From Armatimonadota bacterium (GTDB taxonomy: Bacteria > Armatimonadota > Fimbriimonadia > Fimbriimonadales > Fimbriimonadaceae), in NCBI GenBank assembly GCA_048498855.1, contig JBEHXE010000006.1:10074-74073 (forward strand): DNA of 64,000 bases, read 5' to 3'. The notes below the pieces were generated by a model, which saw only the letters and a list, made by a program, of their open reading frames with translations, had not been told where the DNA came from and did no database searches. Each line of letters opens with the position of its first letter. Position 1 is the stretch's first letter. The translations under genes were made by a program, and so were the position numbers. Of the stretch, positions 10,050-19,018 are shown piece by piece.

Positions 10050-12116
10050 TTAAGCCGCAACTTGACCGACAAATTCGACATCCGCCTTCGCCGAGATCTC
10101 GCTGTAGGCGAGAACGGCTAAATTCGGCAAATGCCGATCCAGGAATCGCCGCATGGCTAACCGGAGCTGGGCGCCGCACAAAAGCACAGGCTGGAAGCCC
10201 TGCATCGAAAGCCGATCATATTCAGTCTTGAGTTGCTGGACAAGCTTGCTTTGGGTTGCAGGATCGAGCACCATCGAGGTACCCGCCGACGTGAGACTGA
10301 CTCGCTCAGCCAACTCTCTTTCGAGAGGCGGATCGAGAGTGATACAACGAAGCTTGTCTTCGAAGTCGAGATATTGTCGCGTGACGGTGCGGGCAATCGC
10401 AGAGCGGACAATCTCGCCAAGCTGTTCGACATCCTTGGTTCGTCCGGCAAAGTCCGCCAATGTCTCGATGATCGTCACCATGTCGCGAATCGGAATTCGC
10501 TCTCGCAGGAGATGTTGGAGAACCTTCTGGACGTCAGACAGGCTAATCAAGTCGGGGATGATTTCGTTAACGGCGGCTTCGTTGGTCTTCTTGACCTCAT
10601 CAATGAGGGTTTGGACATCTTGGCGACTTAACAACTCGGGCGCGTGGCTCTTTACCAATTCGGAAAGGTGAGTCGAGATGACAGCGGACGCTTCAATAAC
10701 AGTGTATCCAGAACGTTCGGCGGTCTCACGCTGGTCGGGGTCGATCCACAGCGAATCCATCTTAAAGACGGGGTCGATGGTTTGGATGCCGGGTACCGAC
10801 TGAAGTGCATCGCCGCTGTTGACGGCCAAATATCGGTCGGCCATGATCTCGGCCCGCGCAACTTCTTCACCACGGACCTTGATGATATATTCGCTATTGG
10901 TCAGTTGAATTGAGTCGCGAATACGAACTGTAGGCATCACAAAGCCCAATTCGGTAGCAATCTGTCGTCGGGTAGACGCGATTCGCTCTGAGAGGTCTCC
11001 GCCGACTTTCGGGTCGGCCAACTTGGTGAGCCCATATCCAATTTCGATCTCGATTGGATCAACCTGTAGGAGAGGGAGAACCGCTTCGGGGCCACTGGGA
11101 ACCGGTGCAGGAGCCGCTTCTTGTTTCGGCTTTTCCGGTTGTGAATCAAAAATCTTTCCGAGGTTAGGATTCTTGCTCGCAAAACGGTATAGGCCGAACA
11201 TGATGCCTCCTGCGCCCATGAAAATCGTTGCGGGGAATCCAGGCACGAGACCAAAGAGGGAAATTGCGATTGAAGCGACGAGGAGAGCCTTGGTTTGTCC
11301 AAAGAACTGCGAGGCGACTTCGCCACCCATCGTGCGGTCTTGTCCGGCACGGGTAACGAGCAAACCGCTCGCCGAACTGATGAGCAGGGCGGGAAGCTGA
11401 GAGGTCAGACCCTCGCCAACACTTAGCAGTGCATAGGTTTTTAGGATAGTTAGCGGATCGCTTTGGCCTTTGAAAAAGCCCACGGCAAAGCCACCAATGA
11501 TGTTGATGATAATAATGAGGATCGAGGCAATGGCATCGCCTTTGACGAACTTCGAAGCGCCATCCATCGCACCATAAAAGTCAGCTTCTTGCTTGATCTT
11601 TTTACGACGGTCCTTGGCCATTTCTTCATCAATCAGGCCCGCCGCAAGGTCGGCATCGATGGCCATCTGTTTACCGGGCATTGCATCCAAAGTGAATCGT
11701 GCGACCACTTCGGAGACACGACCAGCACCATTCGTGATAACCACAAATTGAACAATGACGAGGATAAGGAACGCAACAAAGCCAACCACAAAGTCGCCGC
11801 CCATGACGAAGTTGCCAAAGGTTTCGATGACGTGTCCGGCGGTTCCGCTGCCAAGAATGAGCTTGGTGGCCGCAATACTGAGGGCAAGTCTGAAGAGCGT
11901 GGTGATGACCAGCAGCGACGGGAAAACCGAAAACTGAAGTGGATCGGAGACGTTAACCGAGGTCAAAAGGATCATGACGGATGAACTGATTGCCATCACG
12001 AGTCCAAGGTCAACCGCCCAGTGTGGAAGTGGCAGAATGAGCATCGAGACCACCAAAAGAAGGCCGATTCCCATGAGGACATCGGTGTGTTTAAGAATCT
12101 TGGCAAAGGTCTGCAT
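10050..12116 (-). CDS. flhA: type III export gate protein FlhA (FHIPEP family)
   Basis: Motifs FVVGFVAFLILVIVQFVVITNGAGRVSEVVARFTLDAMPGKQMAIDADL and GAMDGASKFVKGDAIA, plus a cytoplasmic C-terminal domain. The ATG at 12116 is preferred; the track ORF starts at a TTG at 12131. Confidence 0.88.
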   Translation of the reverse strand: MQTFAKILKHTDVLMGIGLLLVVSMLILPLPHWAVDLGLVMAISSSVMILLTSVNVSDPLQFSVFPSLLVITTLFRLALSIAATKLILGSGTAGHVIETFGNFVMGGDFVVGFVAFLILVIVQFVVITNGAGRVSEVVARFTLDAMPGKQMAIDADLAAGLIDEEMAKDRRKKIKQEADFYGAMDGASKFVKGDAIASILIIIINIIGGFAVGFFKGQSDPLTILKTYALLSVGEGLTSQLPALLISSASGLLVTRAGQDRTMGGEVASQFFGQTKALLVASIAISLFGLVPGFPATIFMGAGGIMFGLYRFASKNPNLGKIFDSQPEKPKQEAAPAPVPSGPEAVLPLLQVDPIEIEIGYGLTKLADPKVGGDLSERIASTRRQIATELGFVMPTVRIRDSIQLTNSEYIIKVRGEEVARAEIMADRYLAVNSGDALQSVPGIQTIDPVFKMDSLWIDPDQRETAERSGYTVIEASAVISTHLSELVKSHAPELLSRQDVQTLIDEVKKTNEAAVNEIIPDLISLSDVQKVLQHLLRERIPIRDMVTIIETLADFAGRTKDVEQLGEIVRSAIARTVTRQYLDFEDKLRCITLDPPLERELAERVSLTSAGTSMVLDPATQSKLVQQLKTEYDRLSMQGFQPVLLCGAQLRLAMRRFLDRHLPNLAVLAYSEISAKADVEFVGQVAA

Positions 12117-12255
12117 AGCCCGAAGACGCAAAGGGCGTCAATTGGAATATTCGGAGCCGAACCTCAAGGTCTTTAGGGTGAATCCAGTATTTCCCCAAGG
12201 TTAAAAAGAAATCGTTTTCCGAATTCAATTTGTACTTAGTTTTTGGGTCCAAGGT

Positions 12256-14838
12256 ATGGAACAAGCAAGAAGTGGGAGCACGGTTTGGAGATCAGGCTTC
12301 CGCGAGGGCATGAAACTACCTTGGCGAAAGCAGAATAAGCGCTTCACTTTTGGGAGCAAAGGGAGATCACGACTGTCGCAGCGCGATGCGACGGGACGTC
12401 AGGTCTTCAACATCGCGATATTCGTGCTTCTCGTTTCGTTTATTGGTGGGTGCATTTCAACCTATTTGATGTATCGAAAGTCACTTGACCAGGTTTTCGA
12501 TACCCGTGTCGAACACATCCGCAATGCCTCCGCTTATCTTGCACGCCAACTGGACGCCGATGCCCAAATCGTAGTGGCAAACAGTCCGAGCCCCAAGACG
12601 AAACCCTATCTCTCCACTCAAAAGATCTTCCAAAATTTTCTGCACAGCTATCCCAGTGCGCTTCGATCGCGGACACTTCGCCAGAAAAATAACACGATTT
12701 ACAATTTGGTTGACGTCAATCAAAAGACCAAATCTGCCCCGCTGAAGCCTGGAGAACCGATCAATAAGATCGTCAAAGACCCTGCGCCCGAACTTTTGAA
12801 ATGCTTCCGAAAAGGCGTGCCGATGGTCGAGCGAACCGTAAAGGTCGGAGTGGGCGGGATGTACGTTACGGGCTATCGTCCCCTCAAGGGCGACGATGGA
12901 AAAGTTAAGGCGGTTTTGGCCGTCGATATGCAATTTAATGGATTTCAGGCTGACAGCGATGCGCTTTTCGAGGCGCTTCAATACGGAATCTATGCGACCG
13001 GCGGCGTGTCGGTATTGCTCGCTATCTTTGCCGTCGGGATCATGTGGGCCTATCACCGCGATAATCTGACTCTGAGCGCGGCGATGGTCGAGCAGCAAAA
13101 GAAACTGACTCAGACCGAGGCCGACCTTGTCCAGGCGGTCAGTGCCAGTGAAGAAATCAGCGATTCGCTCATTCACACGCTCAATACGGCGGGATGCCTC
13201 GTCTGGTATGGCAAGGCATGGAAGGCCAATGGCCACCTTAAGTGGGAGGGCGACCTGAAATATGACCCTCATTTCGAATGGTTGGCAAATGATTTGGCCG
13301 ATGGAGCGAAGTTCGAAGATGCGTGGGATGCCCGCCGGAATCTCGAAGACCAACTCGTGTGGGAGAAACTTATCGGATTCGCGTTCGATGGACGCCTATC
13401 TTCGCTCACCACGGAATACCGGCTCTCGGACGACAACGAAGAAGAGCTTTGGTTTGAAGAGCAACTCGACTTCGACTATGAGCCAGATGGCAGCGTCCTC
13501 ATTCACGGGTTTGTTCGTGATGTTACAGAATCCAAGAGAAGGAATGATGAGATCCGTCGCTTGGCCTACTATGACACCGTCACTGGACTCATTAACCGAA
13601 CTCGAATCCATGATGTCATCAACGAATTTATCGAAAAGGGTCAGAACGTTGGGGTGATCGGAGTCGAAATTGGTAACTTCCGCAACGTGAACGAGTCGTG
13701 GGGAGCCGAAGTTGCGGACCGGTTGTTGCTCGAATTCGGAAACCAATTGAGCGAGGGCGTCGGCTCAAACGGCATCGTTGGACGGTTGGCGGGAGATGAC
13801 TTTGTCGTTATCGTCCCCGAAGAATCTTCTCTGTCGTGGCTCGTTGGAAAAGTCGATGAGATTTGCCAAAAGCAGACGATTATCGATGGGGTTGAAATCG
13901 CGAAGGTTTGCCGCTTGGGCTACGTGACCTCGGTTGATAGCGATAATGCGGCAATGCTGCTTCGTAAGGTAAACCTCTCACTCGAAAATGCTCGAAAGAA
14001 CTTGACGAACTACCCGGTTGCTTACAAGCCCGAGATGAGCTTTAAGGCGAAGATGCGAGTTGAACTGGAAACCGCGATGCGCCAGGCATTGATCGACCGC
14101 GAATTCTATCTCATGTTCCAGCCGATCTACTGCAATAAGACCAAGCGATTGGTTAAAGCCGAAGCGCTGTTGCGTTGGAATTCGAGTCGTTTTGGCCCGA
14201 TTTCGCCCGGAACCTTCATTCCGATCGCCGAAGAATCTGATTTCATCAACGACCTCGGAAACTTTGTCATTGACGAAGCCGCCCGGGCAATCAGCACTTT
14301 TGCTGAGCAGACGGGACAGACCTCGATCGTGATCAGCTTGAACATGTCACTACGGCAGCTTAAGAATCAATCGACTTTGAACGTCTTCCATTCGGCGCTC
14401 GATAAGTGGGGCATCAGTCAGAAGAATATGCTGATTGAGATTACGGAATCCTCGATCATGCATGACTCTGGCGAATGTGTGTCGATGTTGTCTCAGCTTC
14501 AAGAACGTGGCTTCTCGCTGGCGATCGACGACTTTGGCACTGGCTATTCATCGCTGGCGACCTTGGCGAGCCTACCGTTCAATTGCCTCAAGATCGATAA
14601 GCGATTTGTGGATGGCATCGGAGTGGACAAGAAGCAAGAAGAAGTGCTCGGGACCATCGTCCGCTTGGCACGTGCTCTGAATCTTCAGATCGTGGCTGAG
14701 GGTATCGAGAGCGAACCGCAGTATCAATATCTTGCCGAGCTTGGCGTGGAATATAGCCAAGGTTATTACTTCGCCCGGCCGCTTCCGTTTGAAGAACTTG
14801 TCAGTCGCGCCATCTCGGAAAACCCGAAGGCCGCTTAA
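12256..14838 (+). CDS. membrane sensor with PAS-like region, degenerate GGDEF domain and intact EAL domain (c-di-GMP phosphodiesterase)
   Basis: Two TM spans flank a periplasmic region. The GGDEF site reads RLAGDDF. EAL motifs are all present: EALLRW, EITES, DDFGTGYSSL, KIDKRF, EGIES and QGYYFARP. Confidence 0.9.
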   Translation: MEQARSGSTVWRSGFREGMKLPWRKQNKRFTFGSKGRSRLSQRDATGRQVFNIAIFVLLVSFIGGCISTYLMYRKSLDQVFDTRVEHIRNASAYLARQLDADAQIVVANSPSPKTKPYLSTQKIFQNFLHSYPSALRSRTLRQKNNTIYNLVDVNQKTKSAPLKPGEPINKIVKDPAPELLKCFRKGVPMVERTVKVGVGGMYVTGYRPLKGDDGKVKAVLAVDMQFNGFQADSDALFEALQYGIYATGGVSVLLAIFAVGIMWAYHRDNLTLSAAMVEQQKKLTQTEADLVQAVSASEEISDSLIHTLNTAGCLVWYGKAWKANGHLKWEGDLKYDPHFEWLANDLADGAKFEDAWDARRNLEDQLVWEKLIGFAFDGRLSSLTTEYRLSDDNEEELWFEEQLDFDYEPDGSVLIHGFVRDVTESKRRNDEIRRLAYYDTVTGLINRTRIHDVINEFIEKGQNVGVIGVEIGNFRNVNESWGAEVADRLLLEFGNQLSEGVGSNGIVGRLAGDDFVVIVPEESSLSWLVGKVDEICQKQTIIDGVEIAKVCRLGYVTSVDSDNAAMLLRKVNLSLENARKNLTNYPVAYKPEMSFKAKMRVELETAMRQALIDREFYLMFQPIYCNKTKRLVKAEALLRWNSSRFGPISPGTFIPIAEESDFINDLGNFVIDEAARAISTFAEQTGQTSIVISLNMSLRQLKNQSTLNVFHSALDKWGISQKNMLIEITESSIMHDSGECVSMLSQLQERGFSLAIDDFGTGYSSLATLASLPFNCLKIDKRFVDGIGVDKKQEEVLGTIVRLARALNLQIVAEGIESEPQYQYLAELGVEYSQGYYFARPLPFEELVSRAISENPKAA

Positions 14839-14862
14839 CATTCGGTATACTATCTGCTTCAC

Positions 14863-14938
14863 GCGCTCGTAGCTCAGTGGATAGAGCATCAGCTTGCGGA
14901 GCTGGGGGTCGGAGGTTCGAGTCCTCTCGAGCGCGCCA
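14863..14938 (+). tRNA. tRNA-Arg, anticodon GCG
   Basis: A 76-nt cloverleaf folded by hand: acceptor GCGCTCG/CGAGCGC, D-arm GCTC-AGTGGATA-GAGC (A20 present), anticodon arm TCAGC-TTGCGGA-GCTGG, T-arm GGAGG-TTCGAGT-CCTCT, and an encoded CCA. Confidence 0.85.
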
Positions 14939-15026
14939 AATTTCACTCGTCCATACCGGATACATAGGTAACAGATCGTTCCTAAAACGTTATTTTTTCC
15001 AAGGGCTGGAAGCCCTCGCCCCAAGT

Positions 15027-15079
15027 CCCTCTCCAATTTCGCCAACGGCAAATTGGGGAGGGTGGGTTTTGCCGTTGGC
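15027..15079. repeat. two interleaved palindromes (REP-like element)
   Basis: CCCTCTCCAATTT (15027-39) pairs with AAATTGGGGAGGG (15050-62). GCCAACGGCAAA (15041-52) pairs with TTTGCCGTTGGC (15068-79). The 5' arm of the second lies in the loop of the first. Confidence 0.5.
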
Positions 15080-15125
15080 AAAAGCCGGGAGGGGAAGTGG
15101 TCCGCGTCAACGGACACTTCAGAGC

Positions 15126-15587
15126 ATGTTCGAAACTTCCATAAATCCTTCCCGGAACCTACCCGGTACGGGTATAAAGTATGTATTGAAGACTTCTTCG
15201 CTCGATCCTGATCGATGGGGAACAATCGCAAGCACAATCTGTGCAATCCATTGCGCGATCACCGGAATCGCGGTTAGCGTTCTCTCCATCGTTGGATTTA
15301 CCTACCTCCAGTCTCCCATTCTGGAATGGGGGTTCTTGGGCTTTGCACTGCTTTTCGGAGGATGGGCCGCCGTAAGAGGATTTTCTCGGCACCGGTCTTG
15401 GACGCCCATCGCGATCTTCGTTGCTGGATTTGTACTTCTCGCCGGTTCTCATTTAGTTACCCAGCGACGTGCCGATGGTGTGCCCACCGGCCTTTCTGAG
15501 CTTTTTTCAGTTCTAGGCGGCGTTTGTTTGGTGGGCTTCCACTACATCAACCGCCTGCATATGAAATCCTGCGGGCCTACTTCTTAA
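15126..15587 (+). CDS. MerC-like membrane protein (putative metal transporter)
   Basis: Four TM spans with a CAIHCAI motif in TM1. The track ORF (14877-) runs through the tRNA, so I chose the ATG at 15126. Confidence 0.55.
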   Translation: MFETSINPSRNLPGTGIKYVLKTSSLDPDRWGTIASTICAIHCAITGIAVSVLSIVGFTYLQSPILEWGFLGFALLFGGWAAVRGFSRHRSWTPIAIFVAGFVLLAGSHLVTQRRADGVPTGLSELFSVLGGVCLVGFHYINRLHMKSCGPTS

Positions 15588-16530
15588 AGAGGTTCTTCAG
15601 AATAAAGAAGGCATTGGCCGGTCGCTCGGCAAGTCGGCGTGTGAAATAGGGATACCACTGATCGCCGTAGGGAACGTAGATACGCACGTTATAGCCCTCT
15701 TGGACAAGGCCCGTTTGGAGATCTCGTCGAATACCCAGCAGCATCTGGAATTCAAAAGATGATTTGTCGATTGAGTTCTCCTCGACGAACTTCTTGAGCT
15801 CAAGAATGATCTTTTCGTCTTGAGTCGCGATCGCGGGATAATGCCCCTTCAAAAGCAATCGCTTGGCTTGAGCAACGTACTGTTCATCGACTTTCGATTT
15901 TTCTTGATAGGCCACGGCCGCTGGTTCGAGGTAAGCGCCCTTCACCAGTCGAGTTCGAATTTGATGTTCGATCATATGGTCGACATCATCGTCGTTTCGG
16001 TGCAGATAGCTCTGGAGGACGGTTCCGGTATTGGGCAGGTCTTTGTGAACTCGCGTCACAATTTCAACCGTGCGAGCCGTATAGTCTGAAGCTTCCATGT
16101 CGATTCGGACGAAGTTGTTCAAGCTGACTGCACGTTCGACAACCCTTCGATAGTTCGCTTCCGCAAAATCGGAACCCTGATCGAGGCCACACTGGGTGAG
16201 CTTGATCGAGATGTTCATCGGCTCCTTGCCGTTTGGTTCACGCTTCCAATCTTGTACCTTTGTCGACAGATCGATTTGGTCAAGCATCTTTGAATACATC
16301 TCGCACGACGCCAAAGCTTCGGCCTCTGAGTGGGCGTTTTCCCCAAGATAGTCGAGGGTGATGCGTTGACCAAGGTTAAGAATCTTTTCCGTTTCTGAAA
16401 TGGCTTGATCAAGAGTGTCGCCCGCAATGAAGCGGCTGACGAGCGGACGGAAAAGGAACGACTTCTTAACCAGGGATTCAACGGGCTTGAGACTTGAGGT
16501 CTTCAGAACAAAATTTCGTGCAAGCGACAT
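15577..16530 (-). CDS. proline dehydrogenase (monofunctional)
   Basis: Motifs ITLDYLGE, VRIDMEASDYT, RLVKGAY and YVPYGDQWYPYFTRRLAERPAN. Confidence 0.88.
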   Translation of the reverse strand: MSLARNFVLKTSSLKPVESLVKKSFLFRPLVSRFIAGDTLDQAISETEKILNLGQRITLDYLGENAHSEAEALASCEMYSKMLDQIDLSTKVQDWKREPNGKEPMNISIKLTQCGLDQGSDFAEANYRRVVERAVSLNNFVRIDMEASDYTARTVEIVTRVHKDLPNTGTVLQSYLHRNDDDVDHMIEHQIRTRLVKGAYLEPAAVAYQEKSKVDEQYVAQAKRLLLKGHYPAIATQDEKIILELKKFVEENSIDKSSFEFQMLLGIRRDLQTGLVQEGYNVRIYVPYGDQWYPYFTRRLAERPANAFFILKNLFKK

Positions 16531-16585
16531 TGCGTACCATGCAGTTTACTTGTTCGGACCATTCCTTTGTTTACGAGTTCGCTGA

Positions 16586-17608
16586 TCAAACGATGGCGGT
16601 TTGCAGACCATCGAAAATTCGAATGAGGTCTTCGACCTTATTGGCTTGGTAAAGTTCAGATCGGATTTGGGCTGCACCCGGAATTCCCTTGATGTACATC
16701 GGCAGTTGGCCACGCAACGAGCGAATGGCTCGACCTTCGTTCAGTAAGAAATCAGGGTGGGTTTGAGCCTCTTCGAAGGAAGGAACCTCACACTCATATG
16801 CGACTTGAAGCCGGGCGTGAAGCAGCGCAGTGTCGATTCGTTCTTGCAGGGTTGGTTCGTCAGGCTCGGGGCGTCCTTCCATCGCGGCAGAGATTTTCGC
16901 CAATGCCCAAGGGTTGGAAATTGCCGCACGTCCGACCATGACTCCATCGCATCCCGTTTCGCGCATCATGGTCAGGGCGTCCTCAGGAGTTTTGACGTCG
17001 CCATTTCCGACCAGCGGTACCGAAACCGAGTCGCGAAGGCGCTTGATAAGATCCCAATCGGCTTGGCCATCAAAGCCTTGTTTCGCAAATCGCGCATGGA
17101 GGGTGAGCATTTGAGCCCCGGCATCCTGAAAGCGATGGGCCAAGTCAGGCGCGGCGAAAAGGGAATAATCCCATCCCGCGCGGACCTTGACCGACACGGG
17201 TACTTTGACCGCATTGACCACGGATCGGACGATTTTTTCGGCGGTATCCGGATCTTTCAACAGGGCGGCACCTGATCCAGTTTTGCAAACCTTTGGCACC
17301 CAGCAACCCATGTTGATGTCCACGATGTCGGCACCCATGTCTTCGGCGATGCGTGCCGTATCGGCCATGACATCTGGTTCAGCGCCAAATATCTGGATGG
17401 CGAGGGGCCGCTCGTCCGGATGAATCTGCATCTTCTTCAGCGTTTTTGTCGCCCCATAATGGATCGCCATCGCGCTGACAAACTCGGTAAACACCAATCC
17501 CGGGTTGCCGATACGCTTGGCAATCAAGCGCATCGGCAGAGAAGTCACATCCTCCATCGGAGCAAGGATGAGGGGCGGATCGATTTTAATATTGCCGACA
17601 GAAAACAC
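16586..17608 (-). CDS. dus: tRNA-dihydrouridine synthase
   Basis: Motifs LILAPMEDVT, DINMGCWVPKV, and HARFAKQGFDGQADW. Confidence 0.9.
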   Translation of the reverse strand: MFSVGNIKIDPPLILAPMEDVTSLPMRLIAKRIGNPGLVFTEFVSAMAIHYGATKTLKKMQIHPDERPLAIQIFGAEPDVMADTARIAEDMGADIVDINMGCWVPKVCKTGSGAALLKDPDTAEKIVRSVVNAVKVPVSVKVRAGWDYSLFAAPDLAHRFQDAGAQMLTLHARFAKQGFDGQADWDLIKRLRDSVSVPLVGNGDVKTPEDALTMMRETGCDGVMVGRAAISNPWALAKISAAMEGRPEPDEPTLQERIDTALLHARLQVAYECEVPSFEEAQTHPDFLLNEGRAIRSLRGQLPMYIKGIPGAAQIRSELYQANKVEDLIRIFDGLQTAIV

Positions 17609-17681
17609 GCTCTAATAGGATACTTGGACTATTCAAAAAGCTGGCAGGGATTACTAGGTTCCAAATGTACTAGGTTCGCTA

Positions 17682-17687
17682 TATAAT
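17682..17687 (+). promoter_or_regulatory. -10 box, leaderless configuration
   Basis: TATAAT lies 6 nt before the ATG at 17694, with no Shine-Dalgarno. Confidence 0.4.
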
Positions 17688-17693
17688 GGCGAT

Positions 17694-18491
17694 ATGCGTT
17701 TGCTTTTTGGGCTGGGAGCCGCCTTTGCTCCCCTCTGTGCGTTTGCTGTCGTGCCTGGGACTTCGACAGATACGAATACCACCGACTACAATTTTGTTGG
17801 AAGCTTAAACGGGGCCTCGGGCGTCCTCGTTGGGGCTGACTTGGTCCTCACGGCCAAGCACGTCGGTGCGGGAAATTTCACCTTGCCAGGCATCGGGACC
17901 TTCAATTACGTTGCTGGGTCGGCGGTGAGCGATCCTAATAGTGACTTGACGCTGTTCCGCATTGATACCGGTGGCATGACGCTCAATCATGCCGTTATTG
18001 ACGTCAGCGCCATGAATGCCGGCGACACGGTAACCATGGTTGGCTTTGGCAGTTCGGGCAAAGTGAATGGAGCAGGAACAGGTTATGACATCAATCTTGG
18101 TGGCGGTATCCGCCGCAAGGCCGATGGCATTTATGAGTTTTCCGACTACATTTACGACCCTGATAGCGGCTATCTTGCTGGTGAATCGCTCATCGCGCCG
18201 CTTCGGCAAAACGGTCAAGCCGCGCTGGCAGGTGGTGATTCGGGCGGAGGTTGGTTCCGCAATGGCTACCTAGTGGGTACGAATGCCTTCATTGGCACCT
18301 ATGGAAACGGTTCGAACTATATTTTCAGCAATAGCAGTACCGATTTCTTTGTATCCGGTGCGATTTCGCTCTCCGGCAATGTGCAGTTCTTGCGCAACAA
18401 CAACGTTTCGTTTGTTCCTGAACCTGCGACGATGATCGCTCTCGGGCTTGGCGTGGCCGCGCTGGCTCGCCGCCGCAAGAAGTCGGCTTAG
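17694..18491 (+). CDS. trypsin-like serine protease with PEP-CTERM anchor
   Basis: Signal peptide, LTAKHVG (His), SDLTLF (Asp) and GDSGGGWF (Ser). C-terminal VPEPATMIALGLGVAALARRRKKSA. Confidence 0.8.
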   Translation: MRLLFGLGAAFAPLCAFAVVPGTSTDTNTTDYNFVGSLNGASGVLVGADLVLTAKHVGAGNFTLPGIGTFNYVAGSAVSDPNSDLTLFRIDTGGMTLNHAVIDVSAMNAGDTVTMVGFGSSGKVNGAGTGYDINLGGGIRRKADGIYEFSDYIYDPDSGYLAGESLIAPLRQNGQAALAGGDSGGGWFRNGYLVGTNAFIGTYGNGSNYIFSNSSTDFFVSGAISLSGNVQFLRNNNVSFVPEPATMIALGLGVAALARRRKKSA

Positions 18492-19015
18492 GCCTTTCGT
18501 TGCTTGATGATCGCATCCATGATGAGGATCGTCAAGCAACCACCCACGATTCCCGCCATCGCGCCACCAAAGACGTCGGTCGGCCAGTGGACTCCACGAT
18601 AGATTCGGCTGATGCCAACTCCAAACGCCCACAAGAAACTGAGGACGGCAAATCCTGGCTTCTTGCGACGCATGAAGAGAATCGAAATCGCGGTTGCGAT
18701 TGCAAAAGCCGTGGCGGTGTGGCCAGATGGGAAGGAAGAGTGATAGATCGCTTCTTGAACGTGGGCGAACGTAAGATTGCTAGGACGGTCTCGAGGGATG
18801 CGAGACTTCATCGTCTGGGCAATGACCGTTCCGCCCATGATCGCTGAGATTGCGATGGCAGCGCCGAAAGGCCGCGTTTCCTTTTTGAAAAGGAGAAGGA
18901 TGGCTACGAGGGCTGCCGCCGCGCCAAGCCCGGAATAACTTAGAATTTCGAACAGAATATCACAGGCGGGATTCCGCCATCCTAAGTTAATTGCGCGGAA
19001 GATTTGGACATCCAT
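18488..19015 (-). CDS. PAP2-family phosphatase
   Basis: Motifs KSRIPRDRP, PSGH and SRIYRGVHWPTD, with multiple TM spans. Confidence 0.85.
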   Translation of the reverse strand: MDVQIFRAINLGWRNPACDILFEILSYSGLGAAAALVAILLLFKKETRPFGAAIAISAIMGGTVIAQTMKSRIPRDRPSNLTFAHVQEAIYHSSFPSGHTATAFAIATAISILFMRRKKPGFAVLSFLWAFGVGISRIYRGVHWPTDVFGGAMAGIVGGCLTILIMDAIIKQRKA

Positions 19016-19018
19016 CGT

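Noticed and set aside
12481-13353. A 290-aa antisense ORF within the GGDEF/EAL gene, plus similar antisense ORFs at 45594-46220 and 55422-56177.
   Set aside because: These are shadow frames of well-supported genes with Arg-rich, low-complexity translations and no independent signals.
14572-15587. Track ORFs 14572-15246 (minus) and 14877-15587 (plus) spanning the tRNA and the palindromic spacer.
   Set aside because: Both read straight through the tRNA-Arg gene and the REP-like hairpins (giving translations such as PSPSPISPTANWGG). Only the 3' part of the plus-strand ORF, from the ATG at 15126, looks like a real membrane protein.
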